This document shows positions 44,947 to 54,869 of a stretch of 64,000 nt of DNA, in pieces (the stretch's first letter is position 1; every line of letters starts with the position of its first letter). The notes below the pieces were generated by a model that made no database searches, was not told the DNA's origin, and saw only the letters and a program-made list of their open reading frames with translations. The DNA is taken from positions 1-64,000 of IMG/VR virus record IMGVR_UViG_3300033463_000080; one strand, 5' to 3'. The position numbers and the translations under genes were made by a program. The stretch comes from a virus (Duplodnaviria; Caudoviricetes).

Positions 44947-45503
44947 GTTATACCCTGAAGAACATTGACATGACTCTGGACGAGAGTTCAATCGAGAAGG
45001 CGATCAGGGAAGTCAATCGTTTTGCGGAACAGCTTCAGGATGCACTGGACGGTCTGTGTGAACGGCTTCTGGACGAAGGCGTTGAAGTCGTGAAGATGCA
45101 GATCCTGGCCATGCCGGCCGTGGACACCGGCGCGCTGATGGCGAGTATTGGCCACGGCGCATTCGACCGGACAAGCGGTACCGGAGTGATCTATGCCGGA
45201 GCGTACTATGCGATGTTTGTCGAGTTCGGAACGGGAATCGTAGGCAAGGCCAATCCGCATCCGATGGCCGGCAAGGTGGACTCCGCTGTGCTTGGCATGA
45301 ACGGATCCGTGTACGACCGTTACGATACAAACAAGCACGGGAACGATGGCTGGTTTTACAGGGCGGTGGGCGAGAACGGATACAGCTGGACGAAAGGTAT
45401 GCCGGCCAGACCGTTTATGTATAACGCCGGGATCACGCTGGAAGGATACGCCAGGGAACACGGGGCGGAAATCATTGCGGAATACATCAGGAGCGGGGGT
45501 TGA
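44943..45503 (+). CDS. HK97 gp10-like tail completion protein
   Basis: VDTGAL, YAMFVEFGTG, KGMPARPFMY. Confidence 0.8.
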   Translation: MSYTLKNIDMTLDESSIEKAIREVNRFAEQLQDALDGLCERLLDEGVEVVKMQILAMPAVDTGALMASIGHGAFDRTSGTGVIYAGAYYAMFVEFGTGIVGKANPHPMAGKVDSAVLGMNGSVYDRYDTNKHGNDGWFYRAVGENGYSWTKGMPARPFMYNAGITLEGYAREHGAEIIAEYIRSGG

Positions 45504-45509
45504 CGAAGC

Positions 45510-45908
45510 ATGATCGACTATGAAGTGAAAATCTTCAACAGGGTTCACGCAAAAGTCGCTCCGCTGTGTGCCAAAGGCAAGTTTGTCAGCACGATCATTA
45601 CGGAGGAGCCGACCGGATTTCCGGCGGCCAGCCTAATCGAGATCGATAATCGAACCGTGAGCGCGCGTCAGGGCAGTACTCCGAAGGAAAATTTCGCTCT
45701 GATTACATACCAGCTGGACGTGTATGCCACCACGAAGTCCAAGTGCCGCGAAGTGTTCGCCACCGCAGACGAATCCATGATTGCCATGAACTTCAACCGC
45801 GTAAGCGGACAGTACATGGACAATGCTGGAAACACGAAAGTGTTCCGGTACGTGGCGCGTTACAATGCGGAAATTGATCCGGACGGAAACATCTACCGCA
45901 GAAAGTAA
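45510..45908 (+). CDS. tail terminator-like protein
   Basis: Position and size; YQLDVY. Confidence 0.6.
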   Translation: MIDYEVKIFNRVHAKVAPLCAKGKFVSTIITEEPTGFPAASLIEIDNRTVSARQGSTPKENFALITYQLDVYATTKSKCREVFATADESMIAMNFNRVSGQYMDNAGNTKVFRYVARYNAEIDPDGNIYRRK

Positions 45909-46014
45909 CGGCCGCGAAACTGAATACATGAGAGACGCATGATTTGCGGGTATGGATTCTATCCACGCTTTCATGCGTTTTTGCTATCCATCACAACGAA
46001 AGGAGACAAAGACT

Positions 46015-46732
46015 ATGCCCAGTGTAAAAGGTATTTCGACCTATCAGACTTACCTGATGTACAGGACGACCACGAACGGCGACTATGCCAAGCTGATCGA
46101 CATCACGTCCTTCCCGGATCTGATTCCTCCGAAGGAGAGAATCGACATCACCTCGCTGAGTGACTACATGCGTAGACTGTAATGCGCCTTTGCCCGGTAA
46201 CGGGCATAGCAAACCTGTTTAATTGCCGGAAACTCTCCGCATTGATACCGGGTGCGGAGACAATCGGCAGCCAAGGCTGGAAACGGCAAGGTTCAACGAC
46301 TATCCCGAAAGGGAGTACGCCGCAAGCGATTGGCGGCGGAAATGGCAGGGATCCGGAAACGGATCGTGAGATAGTCTGATCTCCATGGCGACATGGAGCA
46401 GTCCGAAAGGACGGTTGCGGAGCAGCGACCCGCAGCGAACACAAGTGGTTTACATCAGCGGTATCGGCGATACCTCCGAGTTCCAGTTCGGTGCGAACTA
46501 CACGCCCGAGAACTATGCGAAGGTGAAGGCCCTGGAAAACAACGTCTACGGTTACGCCGTATGGTTCGGCGCGTCCGGTTCCGCAGGTTCGGAAGATCCG
46601 GACGGCCACTACGGAAAGTTCAGCTGGACCGGCGACATCTCTGCGGGTATTTCCGGCGGTGGCGTGAACGAAGCGGTTGGTATGACCATTAACTGCACGC
46701 CCAGCACGGTTGTTGTGTACAGTTCCACCTGA
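46015..46732 (+). CDS. major tail (tube) protein, spliced: exon 1 46015-46173, exon 2 46448-46732, 147 aa
   Basis: Joining gives ERIDITSLSDYMR|VYISGIGDTSEFQFGANY, a continuous tail-tube motif. Confidence 0.85.
46174..46447 (+). ncRNA. group I intron (IA-like), 274 nt, no ORF
   Basis: 5' exon ends in U, intron ends in G; P AATTGCCGGAAACTC, Q AATCGGCAGC, R TTCAACGACTA, S GAGATAGTCT; P2, P7.1, P8, P9 closed by GNRA loops. Confidence 0.9.
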
Positions 46733-46854
46733 TGAGCAATGCCATGGGGGAGGGTATCCTCCCCCGTGGCAACGGTCATAAACACACATGAGGAGGCATT
46801 GATATGCCGAGAAAGACTGTGCCGATTGATTCGGCGAGAAAGGAAGGCAAGCCA

Positions 46855-47202
46855 ATGGCTGCGGAAAAAAAGGATTTCACCAAGGTTATTATCGGAGACA
46901 AGGAAGGGAACAAATACACGCTGGAGTTCAATGCCCGCGTGGTGAAGAACATGGAGCGGAGAGGGTTCAAGATTGACACCGACTATCCGCACTCGATGAT
47001 CGACGATCTGTTCCTGGGCGCATTCCAGATGCACCACAAAAACATTATGCCGGAGCGCGTGCGCGAGATCTGGAAACAGCAGACCCACAAGGATGATCTG
47101 CTTGGCATTCTGACCAAGCTGTACATGAAACCGCTGGAGGATCTGATGGCAGAACCTGAAGGCGACGAGGAAAACGAAACCCCTACGTGGGAGACCGTCT
47201 GA
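46855..47202 (+). CDS. tail assembly chaperone
   Basis: Between tail tube and TMP; YTLEFNAR...LFLGAF...HH. Confidence 0.75.
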   Translation: MAAEKKDFTKVIIGDKEGNKYTLEFNARVVKNMERRGFKIDTDYPHSMIDDLFLGAFQMHHKNIMPERVREIWKQQTHKDDLLGILTKLYMKPLEDLMAEPEGDEENETPTWETV

Positions 47203-47669
47203 CAGACGATCAGAAGCAGACGGAGTCCCGTTCGTATGGAGATATCTTTGACGAACTGTTTCCACACTACCTGCTGATGGGCATGACCCCGGAGCAGTAC
47301 TGGGACGGCGAGAGCGGACTCAAGAAGGCATACCGGAAAGCATACGAAATGAGCGTGGAAATGGAGCAGCGGAATGCGGACCGGAACAACTGGTACATGG
47401 GGCAGTACATGATGGCGGTGCTGCAGAGCGTGCCGTTGCTTGTGGGCGGACTGAACGTGAAGCGTGGAACGCAGCTGCCTGAGTATCCGAAAGAACCGTT
47501 CCTGGAGAAGGCAATTGCCGAGAAGAAACAGGAAGTCAAAAAGAAACGCGAAGAAGACCAGATGAAACTTGCCATGGCGATGTTCCAGGCGAGTATCGCC
47601 AAGTTCAACAAGAACGTTGAAAAGCGACTCGCAACGGAAAAGAGCAGGCAAACTAATACTGGGCAGTAA
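47187..47669 (+). CDS. tail assembly chaperone extension (GT-like, -1 frame)
   Basis: Overlaps the chaperone in the -1 frame; GMTPEQYWDG. Confidence 0.65.
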   Translation: MGDRLTDDQKQTESRSYGDIFDELFPHYLLMGMTPEQYWDGESGLKKAYRKAYEMSVEMEQRNADRNNWYMGQYMMAVLQSVPLLVGGLNVKRGTQLPEYPKEPFLEKAIAEKKQEVKKKREEDQMKLAMAMFQASIAKFNKNVEKRLATEKSRQTNTGQ

Positions 47670-47704
47670 GAATATGGGGCGCGTCAGCGAGGAGGAATCA
47701 GGCT

Positions 47705-50700
47705 ATGGCCGAAGTTGGAGTATTGAATTTAACAATTCATGACAATTCTGAAGAAGCAGGCCAGGGCCTTAAAAACCTCTCTGACGCGCTTTCTGCTGTC
47801 AAAATGGCTGTTGCTGGATTTTCACTCGCCGGTGTAAACAGATCCATTAAATCAATTGTGGACGGCGTGAAAGACAACACAAAGGTTGTCAGCGAACTGG
47901 GGAAACTTTTTAGTGCATTGGCTCAGTTCGGAAAGGTGAAAAATTTCAACATCCCGACAGACCAGTTTACGGAACTGAAGAATGCAATCAACGGAATGAG
48001 CATCGGATCGACCGGTGTGCAGATGAAAGCGCTTCGTGAAGCGATTGCCGGAGAATGGAATACTGAGAATCTTTCTGCCGTAACGACCACGATGGGGAGC
48101 CTGCAAATGGCGGCCGCCGGATGGGCGCAAAGCGGAACGGCAAAAAGCATCATGGACGTTACCAAAGCCATTGAGAAGTACAACGGGGCAGTATCCAAGA
48201 TGCCGGCCGACAATCCGTTCAAGTTTGTCGTAAGCACATTCCAGACGGATCTGTCCAGAATGAGCGGCGGTATTGATAAATTAAAACAGGCTTCCGGCGA
48301 CTGGCGTAGTGCGATGGGTGACGCGACAAAGGAGATCGCCGCAAGCAGCAAAATGAAGGGCGAATTTATCGGCGACAACATGGTTGCCGGTGTGGACGAC
48401 GGCATGAAGCGCAGTATCACCATTACGACAAATACTGCGGTTCAGCTGGCCATGGCGATTTACAACGCAATCGCAAACACGCTGGGCATTTCGTCTCCCG
48501 CAAAGGAAGGTATCAAGATCGGCGAATACTTTGTGGAAGGCGTTATTATCGGCTTGCAGACGAAGAAAGGTGAACTGGCATCCGCAGCAAAAGAAATAGC
48601 GGAAGTCATGGGTTCCCTGAAAGAAATCAACAAGCTTTCCAAGGTCGGCGAGAACCTGAGATCATACGGAGACGGACTGAGAGCAATCGGTTCGGCTGTC
48701 AAGGCGCACGAAGGATCATACCACAGCATTACATATCTCGCGACCGCGATGGGGAAGCTGAAGGATTCCTTCACCGGACTCAAGATCCCGAATTTCCAGA
48801 ACCTGGTTTCTCTTGCGGAAGCACTGCAGGAGAACTACAATGCTTCGACAGAACTGAAGAAGTTCGCGGACGGCCTGGAAGCGCTGAAAGCGGCGGGCAA
48901 GGAATTCTCCATGCCGAGTTTCCGGGGACTGATCAGCGCGATGCAGGCGATCAGCGGAACGAACAGCACGCCGATGACCATGATGGCACAGGCAGCGGAC
49001 GCTGCAAAGACAATGACTTCTTCTGTCACCGAATCCGTGAAAGCGGTTCAGGCAGAGGATGTGGCTCTCACCAAAGTTGAAGAAACAGGGCAAAGCGTCA
49101 CTTCAACCATGGAAACGATGAACGGATCCATGCGTGAAATGTCGAAAACGAGCCAGGTCATGATTGACTTCTCCAGGTTCGATCCGGCCAAGCTTCCGCT
49201 GGGTGCGCTCGGCATGAGGATGGACGAAACAAGCAAGCAGATTATTCAGTTCGGCGCGGCGGCGAAGGATTCATTTGAAACGGTTCAGCGGATGGCGTCC
49301 CAGCAGTCGTTCGGGCAACTCAATATCGAGGAAGAAGCAAAGGCAAGCACACAGCAGGTTGACGAACTGAAAGAGCATGTGCTTGAACTGTTCAGCCAGT
49401 GGAAGGAAGCGCTTGCCGCCGGACGCGAGGTTGAAAAGGAATGGCGTACAACGCTGAATAATCCGGAGGCCTCTGATACTGCCAAGCTTGATATTATGGA
49501 CAAATATCATGCTGCGATGGATACCGTCAGAAATCTTCGGAATGAAATGCTTGATATTGATAAGCGCGCATCCGACATGGCGGCGTCTGTCGGAGGTGCA
49601 TATGAGAGTATTGCAAAGGCGGTTGACGAACACACAAGGGCCATTTATGGCGAAGTTCAGGCTGAAGGGGTTGCGTATAAGAATCGCCAGCTGATGATTA
49701 CGCAGATGAGACAGCTGGAGTACTATACGAAAAACTGGTCTCAGATGACCGATAAGGATCGCGCCAATTTCAAGAGCATGCATGCCGAAAACGAAATCAT
49801 GACGCAGTCGATCCAGCTGATTGATGAACGGATGGCAAAGCAGCAGGAACTGAATGCCTCTATTGAACAGACAAATACTGAAAGCATCGGTGGCGGTATC
49901 AACACAAGATCGTATGACGATATTGAGTCCAAGCTGGAACTTCTGATTGAGAAATACTATATCATTAAGGATAAACTGGAAGAAGGAATCCGGACAGGAA
50001 AGATTGACGACGAAGCAATTAACAGTTACAAACTGAGTCTCAGATCGCTTGAGGAACAGATTAACCGTCTGCAAATGAAGCAGAACGAATTGACCGACAG
50101 AAGCGGGACGGTTATCAGCGAGGACGAAGCGATCAGGGCAGCGGAGAACTATATGCAGGTTACAACCTCTGTCGATCTGCTGAAGCAAAAACTGGACGAA
50201 CTGGAAGTCAAACTTGGTCGCGGCATTACGCTCGGAACAATGGATACGAGCGAAGTCATAACAACCACAAATCAGATTGAAAAACTGCGGGAGCAAATTG
50301 CGGAACTGGAAGGGCAGACGGAGTCCATGACTTCCTCGTGGGCAAGCATGCGGTCGGACATCGGCGCATTGTTTGCTCCGCTCAAAAACCTTGCTCACCA
50401 GTTCTGGAATATCGGCCGTCGCATGATGATCCGCTCGATCATCCGGACGTTTATTTCCGGTATCAAGGAAGGGATTGAAAACACATACTATTATAGCAAG
50501 CAGATGAAGACGGACTTCGCTCCGGCAATGGATCAGGCGGCAACATCGATTACGTATCTGAAAAACAGCCTGGGCGCTGCGCTTACCCCCGCTCTTCAGG
50601 CGCTGATTCCGCTTCTGCAAACGGTGGTTGGCTGGATTGTGCAACTGGCAAACGAGGTCAACCAGATCTTGGCGCTTACAAACGGTGCAGATTCCTGGAC

Positions 50701-53170
50701 GAGATGGAAAGAATACAGTGTTGAAGCGTTCGATGATACAACGAAAGCAGCCAAGGGAACCGGTAAGGCAATCAAGGATCTGCTGGCGGACTGGGATGAA
50801 CTGAACATCATCCAGAGTGATTCCAGCGGAAGCGGCGGCGGAAGCACGAGCAAAAGCGACATCGACTGGTCTGAACGCGCAGAACAGGTGAAAACGTTCA
50901 GCGGACTCTCAAAATTGGTTTCAAAGGGCATCGATTTCCTTGGCGGGATTGACGGCACGCTTGCAACGATTGCTGGATTCATAATCGGCAAAAAGATCTG
51001 GGCGAAATTCTACGAGAACGAAGGTTTCTATAAAAAGATTATTGACATCTTTAAAGGCGATAAAGGCGGCACTACAGGCACAAATCCGAACGCTCCGGAC
51101 GGCAAAGGCCCCGGCGGAAGTACGGAAAATATCGTAAAGAAGACCGTTGAGGATGCGAAACTTGCTGTTGAAAAGGAGACGGACAAACTCAAGACGTCCA
51201 TTGAAGCGAACAAAACGGTTGTAAAGAAACTGGACGCGGCAACGGATGCGGTAAACAAAAACAACTCCCTGCTGACTACGGGCAGCAACGTGTTCCCGAA
51301 CGGCGGAATGTCTGCTGTATTTGGAAAGATCAACAGTACGCCAACAATCAATGGATTGCCTGTCGGCACAAAATTGAGCAGCATTAACGCTGCGAACCGC
51401 GCGCTGCTTCCCGAAAGCACAAGACCGTTCTCCGCGTTCAATATTCCGACATTCCAGCCGGAGAAGGTAACGATTGAAGCAAAGGCTATCGAAGTTCCGA
51501 AAGAAACAGTTAATCCGTTCGCAAATGTAGCAGAAACTGTTGCGAAGATGTCTTCAGAAACAATGACAAAACTTCGCGCATCCGGATACACGGGCGGCAT
51601 GAAAGCACTGGAACCGAAGACGGAAAAGGCGCTTGACAAGATTGCGGAATCGACAATTGAGAATGCCGCAGGCAATATTGCCGGGAAGACGCTCGGATTG
51701 CCTTCCGGAAACGCAAGTGTTATTAATGCGATTGCTGAAGCGACAACAAAAGAGTTGCTTGGGACCGGAACATCAAATAACACATTGACCGGATTCCTGG
51801 CCAATGCGGTTGAAGACATTACTGCCATTGCAAACAGCACAGTAACGGGCGGTTTCATCGGAAACGGCATTACGACATCTGTTGCCGGGTTGCTTCCGGA
51901 AACAACTGTTATTTCAGAACAGGTTGCGGTTGCAACGGAAAATATGGCGGCGGTTACAGAAACGGCTGAAACGGTTGCGCATGAAATGGGAAATGCTGCA
52001 AGTCAGGCAACTGCTGTTGCGACCGACATGCAGATCATTGTTGCAGACAATAATGCGTACAAGGATTTCTGGCAGAACGAATTTTCTGAAAACGGAGAAT
52101 TCCGTGGCGCGTTCCTTGAACTGGAAAACGGTGAGATCCAGTACCTGTCTCCGGAACAGCTTGCGGCGATTGATAAATACGGACTGCACACAGGACGGAT
52201 CTTTGGACGCGTGGATGAACCCGTGACGAATATGTCCAAGGGCGAACAGATGTGGTGGAACCTGAACAAGTATGATCTTGCAGGACTTGCAAGCAAGGGC
52301 ATTATGGCCTACATGGCGGCAAGCGTACTCACCGGACTGTACGAAGAAGACCAGGCATACGCACAGCATTATGGGGAAGCATATACCGGAAAATCTACTG
52401 CCGAAAAACGGCAGATCCGGCGTGGTTCTTCTCCTGAAACGGCGTCAGAAGATCTTGAAAATCTGAAAAATCAAATAAAGGGATATCTGCCTTATTGGGT
52501 TGTTGACGCTGCTTCTTCCGTGCTGGACGCGGCAAATGAGACAGGCGTTTTCGCAGGCGAACTCGCAAAGCCTGTTGTGGACATTGGAGAAAAGGTTCTT
52601 CAGGTGGTGGATGACGTCGGAGGAGCGGTTCTCGGATGGATCCCGGGTGCGTTGTATGCCACAACGGATCAGGAAAAATCAAATGAGATCTTTGAGGAGT
52701 GGCATCAGAACCCGATTATTCATTTCCTTGACGAAGCATTTGATGCGGCAGAAAGTGCCGCTGAAGATGTGGCCGAAGGAGTCAGTGAATTTGTCAAGAG
52801 GATCCTTCCTTCCAACTGGCCGGCGGGCGGCGGCGGCGGTGCGAACCTTGTCTATGACATGGAGCAGATTACCAATCCGATGAGATCGCCGCTTGGCGGA
52901 AGCATTTTCCGCATCAACACGAACGGCACTACTCCCGCTTACTACGGCGGAGTATCCGGATTCAACGGTGCCGGTGAAGGCGATGTGTCCGGCGACGTGC
53001 AGAAGGGAATGCAGGACACGAACGAAACGATCAGGAACGGCAACGACGAAACGAACCGGCTGCTTCGGCTGATCCTGGCAAAGAACTTCCAGTTGAACCT
53101 GAACCCGACATCCAGCTGGGGATTCTTCGGGCAGAGAAGCGACCAGATGGCGCAGGAAGTAACCGGCTAA
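47705..53170 (+). CDS. tail tape measure protein, 1821 aa
   Basis: Length, position, Ala/Ser/Thr-rich helical composition. Confidence 0.9.
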   Translation: MAEVGVLNLTIHDNSEEAGQGLKNLSDALSAVKMAVAGFSLAGVNRSIKSIVDGVKDNTKVVSELGKLFSALAQFGKVKNFNIPTDQFTELKNAINGMSIGSTGVQMKALREAIAGEWNTENLSAVTTTMGSLQMAAAGWAQSGTAKSIMDVTKAIEKYNGAVSKMPADNPFKFVVSTFQTDLSRMSGGIDKLKQASGDWRSAMGDATKEIAASSKMKGEFIGDNMVAGVDDGMKRSITITTNTAVQLAMAIYNAIANTLGISSPAKEGIKIGEYFVEGVIIGLQTKKGELASAAKEIAEVMGSLKEINKLSKVGENLRSYGDGLRAIGSAVKAHEGSYHSITYLATAMGKLKDSFTGLKIPNFQNLVSLAEALQENYNASTELKKFADGLEALKAAGKEFSMPSFRGLISAMQAISGTNSTPMTMMAQAADAAKTMTSSVTESVKAVQAEDVALTKVEETGQSVTSTMETMNGSMREMSKTSQVMIDFSRFDPAKLPLGALGMRMDETSKQIIQFGAAAKDSFETVQRMASQQSFGQLNIEEEAKASTQQVDELKEHVLELFSQWKEALAAGREVEKEWRTTLNNPEASDTAKLDIMDKYHAAMDTVRNLRNEMLDIDKRASDMAASVGGAYESIAKAVDEHTRAIYGEVQAEGVAYKNRQLMITQMRQLEYYTKNWSQMTDKDRANFKSMHAENEIMTQSIQLIDERMAKQQELNASIEQTNTESIGGGINTRSYDDIESKLELLIEKYYIIKDKLEEGIRTGKIDDEAINSYKLSLRSLEEQINRLQMKQNELTDRSGTVISEDEAIRAAENYMQVTTSVDLLKQKLDELEVKLGRGITLGTMDTSEVITTTNQIEKLREQIAELEGQTESMTSSWASMRSDIGALFAPLKNLAHQFWNIGRRMMIRSIIRTFISGIKEGIENTYYYSKQMKTDFAPAMDQAATSITYLKNSLGAALTPALQALIPLLQTVVGWIVQLANEVNQILALTNGADSWTRWKEYSVEAFDDTTKAAKGTGKAIKDLLADWDELNIIQSDSSGSGGGSTSKSDIDWSERAEQVKTFSGLSKLVSKGIDFLGGIDGTLATIAGFIIGKKIWAKFYENEGFYKKIIDIFKGDKGGTTGTNPNAPDGKGPGGSTENIVKKTVEDAKLAVEKETDKLKTSIEANKTVVKKLDAATDAVNKNNSLLTTGSNVFPNGGMSAVFGKINSTPTINGLPVGTKLSSINAANRALLPESTRPFSAFNIPTFQPEKVTIEAKAIEVPKETVNPFANVAETVAKMSSETMTKLRASGYTGGMKALEPKTEKALDKIAESTIENAAGNIAGKTLGLPSGNASVINAIAEATTKELLGTGTSNNTLTGFLANAVEDITAIANSTVTGGFIGNGITTSVAGLLPETTVISEQVAVATENMAAVTETAETVAHEMGNAASQATAVATDMQIIVADNNAYKDFWQNEFSENGEFRGAFLELENGEIQYLSPEQLAAIDKYGLHTGRIFGRVDEPVTNMSKGEQMWWNLNKYDLAGLASKGIMAYMAASVLTGLYEEDQAYAQHYGEAYTGKSTAEKRQIRRGSSPETASEDLENLKNQIKGYLPYWVVDAASSVLDAANETGVFAGELAKPVVDIGEKVLQVVDDVGGAVLGWIPGALYATTDQEKSNEIFEEWHQNPIIHFLDEAFDAAESAAEDVAEGVSEFVKRILPSNWPAGGGGGANLVYDMEQITNPMRSPLGGSIFRINTNGTTPAYYGGVSGFNGAGEGDVSGDVQKGMQDTNETIRNGNDETNRLLRLILAKNFQLNLNPTSSWGFFGQRSDQMAQEVTG

Positions 53171-53182
53171 TGAGGTGAGCGC

Positions 53183-53569
53183 ATGGCAACAAGAGCATAC
53201 AAGTACACCATGGGAATCGTCGCGAATAACGTGGCGATTCCCGACCCGTCCGAATGGAACTACCAGGTGGGAGATCTGGATACGAGCGGCAAGCGGGACG
53301 CGACCGGACTGCTTCACAGGGCATACGTGGCCACGAAGATTAACTACGAGTTCAACTGGAAGAGCCTGGACTGGGAGATGCTGCAGATAATTGTGGCGGC
53401 GGTGCAGAACCAGAAGTTCACGCTGACCGCGCCGGATCCGCGCACGTTTAACACGATGTACACCGGCGACTACTATGTGGGCGACCGGACGGGGAAGTGC
53501 CTGTACTACCTGCCGGAGAAACCGGACGTGGCGCAGTTTGATCTGAAGCTGAAGTTTATTGAGTACTGA
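53183..53569 (+). CDS. distal tail/baseplate hub protein
   Basis: Follows TMP; DLDTSGKRDATG...MYTGDYYVGDR. Confidence 0.65.
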   Translation: MATRAYKYTMGIVANNVAIPDPSEWNYQVGDLDTSGKRDATGLLHRAYVATKINYEFNWKSLDWEMLQIIVAAVQNQKFTLTAPDPRTFNTMYTGDYYVGDRTGKCLYYLPEKPDVAQFDLKLKFIEY

Positions 53570-53612
53570 CACCTCATCCGGCCTTCGGCCACCTTCCCCT
53601 CAAGGGGAAGGC
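53570..53612. repeat. REP/CIR-like palindromic element, single copy
   Basis: CACCTCATCCGGCCTTCGGCCACCTTCCCCTCAAGGGGAAGG double hairpin. Confidence 0.55.
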
Positions 53613-53716
53613 GATTTACAGGTGACAAAAACTACGATATGTAGTATTATTATTACGATTCAGGCACAAGGCGAAGTGGCACGAGAACCGTCCCCGGCGT
53701 GCCAAGGGAGGTAAAA

Positions 53717-54868
53717 ATGTACACGGCAAGCAATGAGTTCCACGAAGCGGTAGCGAACGGCGCGCCGCAGATTGCGATGCTCGTGTTTTCCGACGCGATT
53801 TTTACTAACTCGGACATCGACGTGGAAGCCGGGATCGAACTGGACGAGTACTTTGGCACGGAAGAGGACATCACCATCGGGCAGGCGTTAAGCAACGAAC
53901 TGCGGTTCACGCTGTTCAACGACAGCCGGTTGCTGAACGACTACGCGTTCGGCGAGTTCAACGCATACATCGGCGCGCGGGTGGACCGGAGCGCCACGTC
54001 CACAAGCGATCTGCACGCGTCGCTCGGATCCACATGGAAATGGAAGAACGGGAAACTGTATCGCGGGAACTCGCAGGTTTCATCCCAGCCGTCGTTCACC
54101 GTGACGAGCATCGTGATCGTCCGGGAAAAGGACGGCACGCAGAAGGTGCATGTGTTTGGCGGTGGACAATGCAAATCGTACACGTCGGCCGGGGCGGCGA
54201 TAACGTATCTGCCCAATGCCGCGATGATCGCGAAGGGAAACAGCCTTGCCGGACGCGGGTACACGGTGTACTTCGACAGTTCGTTCAACGCAACGGTGAC
54301 GGTGTTCGGTCCGGTTTACGACGAGGAATACGAGTTTGTTCCCCTGGGACGGTTCATCGCGAAGCGGCCGAACGTGCCGGACGTGAACCAGATCAATTTC
54401 ACATGCCACGACCAGATGACGAAGTTTGACACGGACATGCCGACGGCGGAAGAACTGAGCATGACCTACCCGGCGACGTTCGGAACGCTGTTCGTGCGGA
54501 TGTGTACGAAGATGAACGTGCCGTATTCCACGGCGGCATTCATCAACAACGGCGCGACGATTACGGCGGAACCGGAGGAGTTCCGGAACGCAACCATGCG
54601 CCAGGTACTGCAATGGCTGGCGGAAGCGGCCGGGAGCGTGCTGAGGTTCGACCGGGACGGTGTGCTGCGGTTCGACTGGATCCACACGAACACCGGGATC
54701 TCGCTGACGGAGACGGACTACAGCGAGTACAACCCGTACTGGTATGAGACGCCGCAGGTGGACAAGCTGTACAACCGGAACTCCCAGAGCGGAGTGGACA
54801 ACACGGTCGGAAGCGGCAGCGTCGGATACCTGATCCAGGACAATCCATTGCTGAAGGGGGTGAGTTGA
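53717..54868 (+). CDS. baseplate/tail-tip protein
   Basis: Position; FTCHDQMTKFD, RFDRDGVL. Confidence 0.7.
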   Translation: MYTASNEFHEAVANGAPQIAMLVFSDAIFTNSDIDVEAGIELDEYFGTEEDITIGQALSNELRFTLFNDSRLLNDYAFGEFNAYIGARVDRSATSTSDLHASLGSTWKWKNGKLYRGNSQVSSQPSFTVTSIVIVREKDGTQKVHVFGGGQCKSYTSAGAAITYLPNAAMIAKGNSLAGRGYTVYFDSSFNATVTVFGPVYDEEYEFVPLGRFIAKRPNVPDVNQINFTCHDQMTKFDTDMPTAEELSMTYPATFGTLFVRMCTKMNVPYSTAAFINNGATITAEPEEFRNATMRQVLQWLAEAAGSVLRFDRDGVLRFDWIHTNTGISLTETDYSEYNPYWYETPQVDKLYNRNSQSGVDNTVGSGSVGYLIQDNPLLKGVS

Positions 54869-54869
54869 G

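Noticed and set aside
42844-44991. 715-aa minus-strand ORF and other long antisense ORFs (49271, 54561, 16896, 4385)
   Set aside because: Shadow frames of well-supported GC3-rich plus-strand genes, with no motifs or RBS.
46182-46379. 65-aa ORF, and the ATG start at 46385
   Set aside because: Both lie within the group I intron core.
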